40,642 nt of DNA from Acholeplasmataceae bacterium (GCA_035447465.1 DAOTHC010000001.1:1-40642); one strand, 5' to 3'. Numbered from the stretch's first letter, positions 1 to 10,588 are shown. Program-made: numbers and translations. Notes: generated by a model not told the origin, from the sequence alone.

Positions 1-82
1 CTTTTTAATAGTTCATTTTACAAACTACGTGATATATCATAGTCATCATGTTGGATTTTTCCATTTGATATGATTTTGATAT

Positions 83-123
83 AAAAAAAAGAGCTTTTTC
101 GATAGGTTCGAAAGAAAGCTCTT
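83..123 (-). terminator. Rho-independent terminator after the ABC exporter operon
   Basis: Inverted repeat AAGAGCTTT...TTCGA/TCGAA...AAAGCTCTT next to an A8 run, which is the U-tail on the minus strand. Confidence 0.7.
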
Positions 124-152
124 AAATCTTTTGATCGATATGAAATAATAGG

Positions 153-1016
153 TTATTTTGTCATCTTTCTACTCATGTTGCGATATGCAAAATAAAGAAG
201 TAGGAAAGATAATAAAAGTGAAACAAGTAAAATCCAGAAGAGATTGACATCTTGTCCTAATACACCCACTTCATTTGTTCCATAAAAACCTGAAATCTCA
301 TCAACCATTTCTCCAGGTAGTAAGGCATATGGTTCTTTCAATAAAACTTGTTTTAATAGAATGGTCATATGTGTAAAAGGAACCAACGATGCGACATAAA
401 CCATCGATTTTCCTAAAACAAATAATGGCATGTAAATCCCACTGATAAAACCAATAAAAGTGCCTAAAACCCCAGATAATGCACCAAATGCATTCACACT
501 CTTTAAAATCGTGGTTAAAAAGATCATTAAAGTTGCTGAAATAAACGTATAGAAAATCAGTAAGCCCGAAACCTTAATGATAGTTAAGAATGTATACCAA
601 TAACCAGAGAATATACCGACATAAAGGACGGTTAAGAACCACATAACAAGTGTTAAAACAACAGTTACGATAATCGAAGTGATGTAATAAGATAAGATGA
701 TCTTATAACGTTTAACAGGTGTTACTAAAAACGCATCAAGACGTTTAAACTGAAGGTCAGTGATAATATTACCCATGACACCTAGAGATAGTGATACGGT
801 ATTAATAACAAGAACACCACCCATGATGACACCAACGGATAGAAAGATCTTCATATCATTAGATACCATCGTTAAATCAGAGGTATATTGTTTACCGATA
901 AATAAGAAATAGAGAGCTAATAAAATAATGACTGATAAGAATGAAAAGAACACTGCTGCTTTATCTCTTAAAAATGCAAGTGTATTACGTTTAACTAAAC
1001 TCATTAAATCATTCAT
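153..1016 (-). CDS. ABC-2 type (multidrug-exporter-like) permease
   Basis: About 6 hydrophobic segments; N-terminal 'LVKRNTLAFLRDK' and 'FLVTPVKRYKIILSY' ABC-2 motifs. Start moved to ATG 1016 (GGAGG RBS; ATGAATGA overlap with the ATPase stop). Confidence 0.85.
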   Translation of the reverse strand: MNDLMSLVKRNTLAFLRDKAAVFFSFLSVIILLALYFLFIGKQYTSDLTMVSNDMKIFLSVGVIMGGVLVINTVSLSLGVMGNIITDLQFKRLDAFLVTPVKRYKIILSYYITSIIVTVVLTLVMWFLTVLYVGIFSGYWYTFLTIIKVSGLLIFYTFISATLMIFLTTILKSVNAFGALSGVLGTFIGFISGIYMPLFVLGKSMVYVASLVPFTHMTILLKQVLLKEPYALLPGEMVDEISGFYGTNEVGVLGQDVNLFWILLVSLLLSFLLLYFAYRNMSRKMTK

Positions 1017-1914
1017 GAATGTCGCCTCCAATCACTTCAATGAAAACATCATCCATGGTTCCTTGAATCATTTCAAACTGTAAAATATTATCTCTGATTA
1101 GATCAATCAGCTTGATAGCTTCTTGACTGTCTTCGACAGGAATGACAAATTGATCAGCTATTTTTTGATAAAAACGTTTGTTTGAATCTAAGAAGTCACG
1201 CATCTTTTGTTTATCTCGAGGAACAATCTTTAATCTGTCTTGAGAATACTTATCTTTTAATTGTGCTGGTGTACCTTCAGCAACGATGACACCTTTATTG
1301 ATAATCACGACATGATCCGCATTCGCTGCTTCTTCCATATAGTGCGTTGTTAGAAAGATAGTCATGTGTTTATTAGTTCTTAAGTCTTCAATGACTTTCC
1401 ACACCAATTGCCGTGTTTCTGGGTCTAACCCTGTTGTTGGTTCATCCAGCAATAAAACTTCTGGATTTGAAAAGAGTGCTCTTGCAATTTCAGCTCTTCT
1501 TTTTTGACCACCTGATAACGTTTTAAATCGTTGATTTTCAAATTCATTTAGATGAAGATATTCACATAATTCATCATAGCGTTCTTTAACAGCTTTCTTT
1601 GAATTTAAGTAAAGTGCGCCACGAAGAATGAGATTTTCTTTGACTGTCAAGTCATCATCTAAGACATTACCTTGAAATACGACTCCTATTTTTTGTCTGA
1701 AATAGGCTTCTTCAGTTCGTTCGTTTAAGTAAACTTGACCTGAATCAGCATCGAGTAGTGTTGTCATCACGTTAATCGTGGTTGATTTTCCAGCACCGTT
1801 GGGTCCTAAAAAAGCAAAAAGACTTCCTCTTCTAACAAGAAAAGAAATATCTTGAACTGCTTTAATTTCCCCATAACTCTTAACGAGATGATCAACTCTG
1901 ATAATGGCATCCAT
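1009..1914 (-). CDS. ABC exporter ATP-binding protein
   Basis: Walker A GPNGAGKS, signature LSGGQ, Walker B LLLDEP, TTHY H-loop; AGGAGG RBS. Confidence 0.95.
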   Translation of the reverse strand: MDAIIRVDHLVKSYGEIKAVQDISFLVRRGSLFAFLGPNGAGKSTTINVMTTLLDADSGQVYLNERTEEAYFRQKIGVVFQGNVLDDDLTVKENLILRGALYLNSKKAVKERYDELCEYLHLNEFENQRFKTLSGGQKRRAEIARALFSNPEVLLLDEPTTGLDPETRQLVWKVIEDLRTNKHMTIFLTTHYMEEAANADHVVIINKGVIVAEGTPAQLKDKYSQDRLKIVPRDKQKMRDFLDSNKRFYQKIADQFVIPVEDSQEAIKLIDLIRDNILQFEMIQGTMDDVFIEVIGGDIHE

Positions 1915-1990
1915 AAAAAGCCCTCCTAATCGTTAATAACAATAGAAGTATAACACAATCAAAAAAATTTTAAATGCTTTAGGAAGTATT

Positions 1991-2350
1991 TTATGATCCA
2001 GAACAATTTGATAACGCTAACAAAAGTATTGCCATATAAAGTATGATGGCACTGACTGGTGTGAAAAGAATTCCAAAAATAGTTTTAGTAATTTTCATAG
2101 AAATAAGTTTTTTTCGAATAAGTCTTATATAATAAAAGAGAGAACCGATACCAAAAATGATATGTGCCAAATGGTAATATAAAAAATAGGTAGCAAATAA
2201 TAAGATGATGCGTGGTGCACTTTGGACAGCTTTGGTGAAGCTATAGCCTAGGATAAATAAGACCGAACTGATTAACACCATGGACCAAGAAACCATAAAG
2301 TATATTCGTTGAACCTTCGCTGCCGATGTGTTACTGTTAGATTGAAGCAT
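1991..2350 (-). CDS. Hypothetical membrane protein (about 3 TM)
   Basis: ORF with three hydrophobic stretches; probable start ATG 2350 after AAAGGA. Confidence 0.6.
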   Translation of the reverse strand: MLQSNSNTSAAKVQRIYFMVSWSMVLISSVLFILGYSFTKAVQSAPRIILLFATYFLYYHLAHIIFGIGSLFYYIRLIRKKLISMKITKTIFGILFTPVSAIILYMAILLLALSNCSGS

Positions 2351-2467
2351 ATCATCACATCCTTTATTAACATTATAGAATACTTTGAACTTCAATACTT
2401 CAAAAATAATATTTTTTCCAATAAAATCAACTATTTTCTCGTATAAAGAGTGTAAGGGGGTTAAGTC

Positions 2468-2980
2468 ATGATCATAGATAAACTTAGAAAATCCTATTAT
2501 GCAAGCATCATCTTTTTTGTTTTAATCGAAATGATTGCTCTTGTTGCATTTGCATATTTAGCAATGCTCTATAATCACATCTTCTCAGAAGGACTGATTA
2601 TCTTTATTATCGGTACCATCGGATTTTGGTATTTAACCATCACACGCATCAGAGAAAACTACCGCTTATGTATGCAGGGTAAATTCAAAGTGGTCACTTT
2701 GGATAACAAATTACATTATCCAACTTACTTTCATAAAAATATCCGGTTACCTTTATTCATTTGGGGTAAAGGTTACTACAGTAAAAAAAGAATTATTCCT
2801 AAACGGTTCATCAGTTTTGTTGAGGGGTATCGTGCTTATCCGATACAAGAGATTGATGAAATTGTTCTCAATAACCACTATGAAATTCTTTATATTCATC
2901 GTGGCTATGCAGCGTTAATTCAAGATATGAATAAAAAGCAGTTTTTAGTACACATGAGTAATTTAGAAGCTATTGAATAA
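2468..2980 (+). CDS. Hypothetical protein, 2 N-terminal TM helices plus soluble C-terminal domain
   Basis: 170-aa ORF, AAGGGGG RBS, followed by a terminator. Confidence 0.7.
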   Translation: MIIDKLRKSYYASIIFFVLIEMIALVAFAYLAMLYNHIFSEGLIIFIIGTIGFWYLTITRIRENYRLCMQGKFKVVTLDNKLHYPTYFHKNIRLPLFIWGKGYYSKKRIIPKRFISFVEGYRAYPIQEIDEIVLNNHYEILYIHRGYAALIQDMNKKQFLVHMSNLEAIE

Positions 2981-2988
2981 TGAAAAAT

Positions 2989-3015
2989 AAAACGTCACGA
3001 TGTGTGACGTTTTTT
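2989..3015. terminator. Bidirectional terminator
   Basis: AAAACGTCAC-GATGT-GTGACGTTTT between convergent genes. Confidence 0.85.
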
Positions 3016-3020
3016 GTATA

Positions 3021-4205
3021 CTAAATACCTATCGAATCATTCAGATGTTGTGTATGCTTTCGATATGACATTGTAATTAAGATCAGAATGAAACTCATCA
3101 GTGTGATGAAAAAGGGATAATAGAAAATACTAACTTTTCCAAAGAATAATCCAACAAGAGGTGTGAGCAGTCCAAACCCCATATAACCTATCCCCATTTG
3201 AAGACTGATGATTTTACTTAACTTATGTTTTTCAAAAACATGAGAATTCATAAACATCATGTTTGGGAAAATAGGACCTGCACCTAAACCAAAGATAAAG
3301 ACGATGAAAAAATAAACCCAAACAGTATTAAACTTAATCAGCATGAGAACTCCAGAAATAAGGAGGAGTGCTTCACCAATTCTAACTAAAACATTCGGTT
3401 TAAGTCGGTTAGATAAAAAACCACTTAAAAGTCTTCCAACAGTGAGAGCAAGATAAAAGGTTGTTGTAAATAAGGCTGCTGTTGCATAGTTAACTCCTTT
3501 TTCAATAAAGAAGTAACTTGCTACCCAAACACCACTCAATGATTCAATATGAACATAGATTAAGAAAATGAAAATACTTTCTAAAGCACCTTTTGTCTTT
3601 AAGATATCTTTAATAGTCACCTTGCGGTGATTTTCTTGTCGTTCTTCGTGATCTTCTTTTTTCCATAATTTAAATGAGAAAAGTACAAAAAGTGCAATCA
3701 CAACTAAAATCGATCCAACGATGACATACCCTAACCGCCATTGTTCTTCGCGAAGTGTATAGGCCATAATCGTTGGTCCTAGTGTCACACCAACACCGTA
3801 GAATGAATGGAGATAATTCATATGTTTAGCTTTGTAATGTGATGCTAGATAATGATTGAGTGAGACATCGATAGCACCTGCACCTGCTCCAAGTGGTAAT
3901 GCAAAGAAAAGCATATGATAAAAAGATGTCACACGGCTGATTAAAACGAGTGCAATACCAGTTGCCAAAATACTAATAAATGTAATCCATTTGGTCTGGA
4001 ACCATCTTAAAATGCGTGGCGCATTAAATGTCGATAGGATAGAAAAAATGTAGACGGTTACCGTCATAACACCTAACGTCTGTAAAGATGTGTTTAAATC
4101 CATGCGGATTAAGTTCCACGCAGATCCTAAAAGGGCATCAGGCAAACCTAATGCGATGAAACTGATGTAAATGATGACTAATAATAAAAGTGCCTTAATT
4201 TTCAT
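3021..4205 (-). CDS. MFS transporter (FucP-like, 12 TM)
   Basis: About 12 TM segments; 'YISFIALGLPDALLGSAW', 'GAGAGAIDVSLN' and 'HSFYGVG' motifs. Start at ATG 4205 after AGGGGG, with extended -10 TGTGCTATAAT at 4230-4240. Confidence 0.85.
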   Translation of the reverse strand: MKIKALLLLVIIYISFIALGLPDALLGSAWNLIRMDLNTSLQTLGVMTVTVYIFSILSTFNAPRILRWFQTKWITFISILATGIALVLISRVTSFYHMLFFALPLGAGAGAIDVSLNHYLASHYKAKHMNYLHSFYGVGVTLGPTIMAYTLREEQWRLGYVIVGSILVVIALFVLFSFKLWKKEDHEERQENHRKVTIKDILKTKGALESIFIFLIYVHIESLSGVWVASYFFIEKGVNYATAALFTTTFYLALTVGRLLSGFLSNRLKPNVLVRIGEALLLISGVLMLIKFNTVWVYFFIVFIFGLGAGPIFPNMMFMNSHVFEKHKLSKIISLQMGIGYMGFGLLTPLVGLFFGKVSIFYYPFFITLMSFILILITMSYRKHTQHLNDSIGI

Positions 4206-4245
4206 AGTGACCCCCTGAAAACCAAGATGATTATAGCACAAAAAT

Positions 4246-4269
4246 AAAAAAGGGATGGATATCCATCCC
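4246..4269 (-). terminator. Terminator after the diguanylate cyclase gene
   Basis: GGGATGGAT/ATCCATCCC perfect inverted repeat plus A-run. Confidence 0.75.
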
Positions 4270-4273
4270 GTAT

Positions 4274-6313
4274 TTAGACATTTTTTGATCGTTTGTGATA
4301 ATACATAAAATCATCGGCAACCTTCATGATGTAATACACATCATCATCTGCATTTGTTTTAATCGCATAACCTAAAGCGACTGATAATTTGGTGCTTCTG
4401 AATTCTTCTTGATCAAACGCATCGATCAACTTGTGTTTGAGTGTGTATACGTCATCTTCTGCTGTATTAGGAAGTACAAGTAAGAATTCATCTCCGCCCA
4501 TGCGTCCTAAGATGTCTTTAGATTCGATAGATGATTCGATTAACCGACACACTTTTTTAAGCAAGTCATCACCAGCTTGATGTCCGTGTTCATCATTCAT
4601 TTCTTTTAAATTATTCACATCAAAAACCATAAAGCCTAACGGTAAATACCGATCTTTATCTAAATCTTGAATCGCTTGATCCATATACCGTCTGTTATAT
4701 AAACCTGTTAAATAATCATGATAACTCAGAAATTCGATTTCTTTTTGTTTCTTAAGTTTATCAGAAATATCTCTGAAGACAATAGCGACACCTTCTTGTC
4801 TTTTACCTTGATCTCTAATCGGTGAAATACTCATTTCGATATCAAGTCGTTTTCCTTTTTTATTCAGCAAGGTTGCATAAGGGATATACATTTCTTTTTT
4901 AGTTTTGAGTATCGTCTCATGTATGTCTTCTTCATCTTCAAAATAGATATTTAATGCAGACCATAATGGTTGGTGTACCACATCGTTTTCTAAAACACCT
5001 ATAAGTTTCAATGCGTTTGAATTGATGACAGCAATCTTTCCTTGGTGATCTGTTGAAATTACTGCATCGCTTACCGACAACAACGTTTTTTTAAATAGAT
5101 CACGTTCGAGTGAAAGTTGATTTTCTAACTCTTTATGCTGCGTAATGTCACGCAATGTACCAACAAATCCAATGACATGATCTTGTTCATCTGTCATAGG
5201 TGAAGCACTTGTATTAAACCACTTATAATGGTTTTTATGATCTCTTAACCGTAGTTCAGTAATTTCGAATGCTTTTTGTGTGCGATAGATATGAGAGAAA
5301 AATGAATCGAGACGCTTATCATCTGTGGGGTGTATAAAATCACGATATGTATGTTTTTTCGTCTCTTCGATGTCATGTCCTAAAATACGTTGCCATGCTG
5401 ATGATGCAAATGTGATACGCCCTTCAACATCAAGTGTATAAATGATGTCATAACTACTATCAATTAAATAACGATAATATTTTTCACGTTGACGCATTTC
5501 CATATCAAGACGTTTCATCTCTGTAATGTCTAAATGAATACCTACCATTTGTAGGGGTTGATGATCAGCTGTCCATGATATGACTTGGCCACGATCGGAG
5601 ATCCAAATATCATGTCCATCTTTATGTTTCATTCGATACTCTACAACATAATAGGATGAAGGATTGAGAAAAGCTTGATTGATTTGTTTATAAGCAAGTT
5701 CAAGATCATCTGGATGAACAAGACTTTCCCATGTGACGAGATCAACAGGACTTAACTCTTCTAATGTATAGCCTAACATTTGAGCCCATCGTTCATCAAA
5801 AACTGTTTGATTGGTTTGTACATTCCATATCCAGGTTGCTGCTTGTGTTGCTTTCAAGAAGGTTGAATAGGTTTCTTTTTCTATGATCAGATCTTGTCTT
5901 TTATCATAGAGTTTGTCAATGTTGATACTGACAGCTACAAATGATGGTTGTTCACCTTCATGATAATCAATCTTTATTTTTGTGTAAAACCATAGGTAAT
6001 TACCCAGTTTATGCTTGATGCGATGTATAATATCAAACTCTGTTTTCTTATCTTCAAAACATGTATGAAGACCCTTTAAAATCAATTCTTTATCATCAGG
6101 ATGCCACTGGTTTTGCCAAAATTCAGAAGATGTGAGTTGTGCCATATCTTGATATCCTAAAAGCTTTTCAAGACCAAAATAAGGCGTCAGAACACCTTTA
6201 GTCATGTCCATGTGCCACATCGCGATATCCATACTACCAATGAAATCGTGATAAGCATCAAAGCGCTCAATATCATCTTGTAGGTGAAAAAGTTCTTTTA
6301 GAAATTTTTCCAT
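4274..6313 (-). CDS. Multi-PAS/PAC sensor diguanylate cyclase (GGDEF)
   Basis: Four PAS/PAC-like repeats (three with HPDD/HPTD), 'HDYLTGLYNRR', 'DVNNLKEMND', intact GGDEF; no TM segment. Confidence 0.92.
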   Translation of the reverse strand: MEKFLKELFHLQDDIERFDAYHDFIGSMDIAMWHMDMTKGVLTPYFGLEKLLGYQDMAQLTSSEFWQNQWHPDDKELILKGLHTCFEDKKTEFDIIHRIKHKLGNYLWFYTKIKIDYHEGEQPSFVAVSINIDKLYDKRQDLIIEKETYSTFLKATQAATWIWNVQTNQTVFDERWAQMLGYTLEELSPVDLVTWESLVHPDDLELAYKQINQAFLNPSSYYVVEYRMKHKDGHDIWISDRGQVISWTADHQPLQMVGIHLDITEMKRLDMEMRQREKYYRYLIDSSYDIIYTLDVEGRITFASSAWQRILGHDIEETKKHTYRDFIHPTDDKRLDSFFSHIYRTQKAFEITELRLRDHKNHYKWFNTSASPMTDEQDHVIGFVGTLRDITQHKELENQLSLERDLFKKTLLSVSDAVISTDHQGKIAVINSNALKLIGVLENDVVHQPLWSALNIYFEDEEDIHETILKTKKEMYIPYATLLNKKGKRLDIEMSISPIRDQGKRQEGVAIVFRDISDKLKKQKEIEFLSYHDYLTGLYNRRYMDQAIQDLDKDRYLPLGFMVFDVNNLKEMNDEHGHQAGDDLLKKVCRLIESSIESKDILGRMGGDEFLLVLPNTAEDDVYTLKHKLIDAFDQEEFRSTKLSVALGYAIKTNADDDVYYIMKVADDFMYYHKRSKNV

Positions 6314-6418
6314 GCCATCTACCTAACATATTGTCTTTATCGTCATTTTAGCACAAAAATAGTACAAATTTTCTTCACAATTCTTAAGAATTTCTTAAAT
6401 AAAAAGAGCCTATAGGGC

Positions 6419-7627
6419 TCAGATAAGTTTTGATGCATATTTTCCTGCGACATAGCCGGATGACCATGCCCATTGAAGATTATAACCACCACACAAACCG
6501 TCGATGTCTAATACTTCACCACAGAAAAATAATCCTTTGATTAATTTTGATTCAAGTGATTGAGGGTTGATATCCTTGATATCAATGCCACCTGCAGTCA
6601 CTTGAGCATCATCAAAATCTTTAGATCCAATGATGTTAAATTCCCAGTCGAATAACAGACGGATGAGTTGATTCATCTTGTCTTTGGGAACATTTCTAAC
6701 CGCTTGATGAGGCTCTATGCCAGCTTCTTTCAACAAGGGATGAATAATACGCTTATGTATCAAACCTATCAAACTAAATTCAATCGATTTATCTTTTAAC
6801 ATTTGAAAACGTTTGGCGATATCACGCTGATCTAACGTTTGAACTAGGATAACTTTAACAGATACAGGTTGTTGATCTTGAAGTAAGGCATTAGCTCTAC
6901 GAGATAATTGTAATATGGTGGGACCACTGATACCGTATTTAGTAAATAAGACATCACCAAATTCTTTTTGCAGTGATACGCCTTGATGCATGAGTTCAAC
7001 TGTTCCAGGAAACTTCACACCATCCATAGCTTTTAAATAAGGGCTTTCAAGTTCGAGTTTGACAAGTGCAGGAAAGATCGAGGTGACTTTATGACCTAAT
7101 GATTGTGCAAGGGTATACCCAATACCATCACTACCACTTTTTGGCATTGCCATACCTCCGGTTGCAATAACAACGCTATCCGCTTCATAAGACGTCTCAT
7201 TTTCTAATGTGATTACAAATTGATCACGCTTTTCGATCTTGATCACTTTAGCTTCATAGATCACAGGGATATTGAGCTGTTCAACTTCATATACTAAAAC
7301 ATCAACGATGGATGATGCCTGTTCAGAGAGAGGGTATGTTTTTCCTTCGTCTTCAACCTTAGGTACAATACCTAACGTTTCAAAAAAGGACACAGTCTTT
7401 TTAGGGTTCATTTGTTCAAAAACAGGTTTAACAAAATAAGGATGATTATAATGCATTTCTGTCGCATCCACATTGGTAAAATTACACCGTCCGTTTCCGG
7501 TAGCTAGTATTTTTTTGCCCAATTTGTTATTTCGTTCTAAAATTAAGACATCTGCTTGTTGTTTCTTCGCAGTGATTGCCGCCATTAAACCAGAGGCTCC
7601 ACCACCAATAACGATAACTTTCTTCAT
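6419..7627 (-). CDS. HI0933/YhiN(BaiN)-family FAD-dependent oxidoreductase
   Basis: GGGASG dinucleotide fold, 'GKKILATGNGRCNFTN', 'ATGG', 'GEVLDIDGLCGGYNLQWAWSSG'; start at ATG 7627. Confidence 0.92.
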   Translation of the reverse strand: MKKVIVIGGGASGLMAAITAKKQQADVLILERNNKLGKKILATGNGRCNFTNVDATEMHYNHPYFVKPVFEQMNPKKTVSFFETLGIVPKVEDEGKTYPLSEQASSIVDVLVYEVEQLNIPVIYEAKVIKIEKRDQFVITLENETSYEADSVVIATGGMAMPKSGSDGIGYTLAQSLGHKVTSIFPALVKLELESPYLKAMDGVKFPGTVELMHQGVSLQKEFGDVLFTKYGISGPTILQLSRRANALLQDQQPVSVKVILVQTLDQRDIAKRFQMLKDKSIEFSLIGLIHKRIIHPLLKEAGIEPHQAVRNVPKDKMNQLIRLLFDWEFNIIGSKDFDDAQVTAGGIDIKDINPQSLESKLIKGLFFCGEVLDIDGLCGGYNLQWAWSSGYVAGKYASKLI

Positions 7628-7712
7628 TGAAATCACCTGTTTTATTATAACATCATATAGCCCACTTTATCTACTGCTTCATGTTATAATAAATCTCAAA
7701 GGGGTTGAGTCT

Positions 7713-9065
7713 ATGAAAGACGTTTTTGCTAAACAAAAAGCATTTTTTCTAACTGATCAAACAAAAGCATATGATTACCGCATCGAAAAATTAACACAAT
7801 TATATAATCTTATCGTAACATACGAAGATGATATCATGCGTGCACTCAAAAAGGATTTGAATAAATCTTCTTTTGAAGCTTATACAACTGAAATTGGATT
7901 TAGTCTTCACTCTATTCAAAAAGTGAAAAAAAGCCTTAAAAAATGGATGAAACCCAAACGTGTTAAAACACCATTTTATCAACTCAATACATCTTCATTT
8001 ATTTATCCAGAACCCAAGGGTACTGTTTTAATTATCGGTCCATACAATTACCCATTCCAACTGATTATTGAGCCGTTAATTGGTGCGATTGCAGCGGGTA
8101 ATACTGCTATTTTAAAACCTTCTGAATTTGCTAAGGAAACCGAAAAGGTACTTCTCAAATTGATCAATGATCATTTTGATGAAGCTTACTTAAAAGTTTT
8201 TGCAGGTGAAAAAGAAGTTACAAGTGAACTTTTATCATTACCCTTTGATCATATTTTCTTCACCGGTAGTACCAAGGTTGGCCAAATCGTTTATGAAGCT
8301 GCAGCTAAACACTTAACACCTGTCACACTTGAATTGGGTGGGAAAAGCCCAACCATCATTGATCATACAGCTAACCTCAAGGTGGCAGCACGCCGTATAG
8401 CTTTCGCTAAATTCACGAACGCTGGTCAAACATGTATCGCTCCTGATTATATTTATGCCCATCAGAAAATTCATGATCAGTTCATTAAAGAATTAAACGA
8501 CGTCATTATAGCTTTTTATCAAAATTATGATGAGTTTGGAACCATTATCAATGAAAGACATTTTAACCGTCTTTTAAATTTAATCAACAAACAAAAGGTC
8601 ACCAACAATCATCGTATCGATGCTGAAAAATTACATATTAGTCCTACGGTTTTAAAGGATGTTTCATGGGATGATCCTGTCATGCAGGAAGAAATATTTG
8701 GTCCAATTCTACCTGTTCTTTCCTATGATAATGAAGATCAACTCATCGAACTACTTAAAACAAAGGAAAAACCTTTAGCGCTTTATTTGTTTTCTAAGAG
8801 AAAAGACCTTTACCAAAAGATATGGAGGAAAATTTCTTTTGGTGGTGGTGCTTATAATGATGCGTTGATGCATGTCAGCAATCCTTATCTCCCATTTGGT
8901 GGTGTAGGCGCATCCGGTATGGGTGCTTATCATGGTCAATATTCATTTGAAGTCTTCTCGCATATGAAGGGTTATATCAAACGTAGCACCTGGTTGGATT
9001 TACCAATTACTTATCCACCTTATTCAAAGAAAAAAGAAGCGTTAATCAGAAAATTACTTAAATAA
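7713..9065 (+). CDS. Aldehyde dehydrogenase (ALDH3/YwdH-like)
   Basis: PYNYP, KPSE, FTGS, LELGGKSP, catalytic NAGQTCIAPD, EEIFGP and PFGGVG motifs. Start at ATG 7713 (AAAGGGG RBS, TGTTATAAT -10). Confidence 0.93.
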   Translation: MKDVFAKQKAFFLTDQTKAYDYRIEKLTQLYNLIVTYEDDIMRALKKDLNKSSFEAYTTEIGFSLHSIQKVKKSLKKWMKPKRVKTPFYQLNTSSFIYPEPKGTVLIIGPYNYPFQLIIEPLIGAIAAGNTAILKPSEFAKETEKVLLKLINDHFDEAYLKVFAGEKEVTSELLSLPFDHIFFTGSTKVGQIVYEAAAKHLTPVTLELGGKSPTIIDHTANLKVAARRIAFAKFTNAGQTCIAPDYIYAHQKIHDQFIKELNDVIIAFYQNYDEFGTIINERHFNRLLNLINKQKVTNNHRIDAEKLHISPTVLKDVSWDDPVMQEEIFGPILPVLSYDNEDQLIELLKTKEKPLALYLFSKRKDLYQKIWRKISFGGGAYNDALMHVSNPYLPFGGVGASGMGAYHGQYSFEVFSHMKGYIKRSTWLDLPITYPPYSKKKEALIRKLLK

Positions 9066-9071
9066 AAAAAG

Positions 9072-9097
9072 AAAACATGGTCAATTGATCATGTTTT
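9072..9097. terminator. Bidirectional terminator
   Basis: AAAACATGGTCA-AT-TGATCATGTTTT flanked by A and T runs between convergent genes. Confidence 0.7.
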
Positions 9098-10588
9098 TTT
9101 AATGTCTAGATGAAGAATCACATAGGTTTTAAGGTTTAAATGTTGATCGAGTTCTATCACACGTGCGCCTTTAGGAAACCCTGGCGTACCGTAATCATAG
9201 TGACCACTTACTCTGCCATAAGCCATTAAGACAGAATCTTCATGATAGATAAAATCATTGTAGTGATCGTGACCATAGAACATGCCTTTAGCTCGGTGGT
9301 TTTTTGCTACATCTAAAAATCTATTTTTTACAGGTGGTGTTGACGCATTTTCTAAGTATTCACCACATTCTTTTTTAGCCTCTCTAACCTCATAAATGGG
9401 TATATGAAAGAAAACAAGATGTGGAACTGGATAAATCCTTGTCATCTGTTCATACCAGTTAATTTGATCTTCTGATAGCATACCATAACCCCATGTGGGT
9501 TGTCCATTCATCATATAGGTATCATCAACATGTGTATCTAGCATGATGAGTGTTGAAAGACATTGATGATGTTCATTTTCAATTCTGATCAGATGATTAC
9601 CATAACCTAAATGCTTAGGACCTTGATGAAACATCGATGTTGTTGATTTACTAATCGCATCAATTAACATCTGATAGGTGATACCATGTTCACTATCATG
9701 ATTTCCAAAGACAAACGTATAAGGGATCTTGAATTCATCCATAAATAAGCCTAATTCCTGATATAGAAAAACAGCTTTCTCACTCATTGTTTGATCACCT
9801 GTAAAAACAATAAAATCAGGTTTCACGTGGTTAATCATGTCTGTTATGAGTTGATAGGTAAGTATGTCCTTTTCATCGTGCATGAGATGAAGATCCGTAA
9901 ACTGAACAATTCTTAAACCGCTATGTTGAGGCATTATAATGAACGATGTTTCAAGAAAATCAATGATTTTTAACACGTCATGATGTTGATGAGCTACATG
10001 TGAAAACAACTGTTGGTATGCTAAAGGTTTTGCGTGATGCCAATCCATAAGAATACTATACACAGAAGCTTGTTTTGCGGCTAAACCATCCGATCTTTGA
10101 TCTCCTATATAAACAACTTCATGACGTTGACACTTAAAGTAGTTCATCATGTCTAAAAGACCTTCAGGATTCGGTTTACCCTTTTTGACATCATCAAATG
10201 CGATGATGTGATCAAAAAAATGATCAATACCTAAAATATTGAGTTCATCTAACGCAATATCTCTTAGTTCAGAAGTAAGTAATCCAAGTTTGTAACCTTT
10301 TTGTTTAAGTGTTTCTAAAAGTTCCTTCACACCCGGGAAAACTTTCAGATATCGATGCTTTAAATATTGATGTGTTTGATGAATGAGACTTAGATGTTCT
10401 TCTTTGGCATCATCATATAGCATATTTAAAACTTCAGGGTATGAAGATGCAAAAACATCACCTAAATCAAGCGATTCAAATAGGTGTTTTGGTGGATATG
10501 TTTTAGTAAGAATATCATAGATTTTAAGCACGAGTTCATCGCTATCAATGAGTGTGCCATCCATATCGAAGATGATAGCTTTTAACAT
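9089..10588 (-). CDS. Fusion: HAD-IA phosphatase (PpaX/Gph-like) plus calcineurin-like metallophosphoesterase (Dcr2-like)
   Basis: HAD motifs DMDGTL, TS, KPNP, GDQRSD; MPP motifs DLH, GD, GNHD, HIP, GHDH; GGAGG RBS. Confidence 0.85.
   Translation of the reverse strand: MLKAIIFDMDGTLIDSDELVLKIYDILTKTYPPKHLFESLDLGDVFASSYPEVLNMLYDDAKEEHLSLIHQTHQYLKHRYLKVFPGVKELLETLKQKGYKLGLLTSELRDIALDELNILGIDHFFDHIIAFDDVKKGKPNPEGLLDMMNYFKCQRHEVVYIGDQRSDGLAAKQASVYSILMDWHHAKPLAYQQLFSHVAHQHHDVLKIIDFLETSFIIMPQHSGLRIVQFTDLHLMHDEKDILTYQLITDMINHVKPDFIVFTGDQTMSEKAVFLYQELGLFMDEFKIPYTFVFGNHDSEHGITYQMLIDAISKSTTSMFHQGPKHLGYGNHLIRIENEHHQCLSTLIMLDTHVDDTYMMNGQPTWGYGMLSEDQINWYEQMTRIYPVPHLVFFHIPIYEVREAKKECGEYLENASTPPVKNRFLDVAKNHRAKGMFYGHDHYNDFIYHEDSVLMAYGRVSGHYDYGTPGFPKGARVIELDQHLNLKTYVILHLDIKKT

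Noticed and set aside
7473-7712. 80-aa N-terminal extension of the aldehyde dehydrogenase ORF
   Set aside because: It overlaps the divergent HI0933 gene antisense; RBS, -10 and family length support ATG 7713
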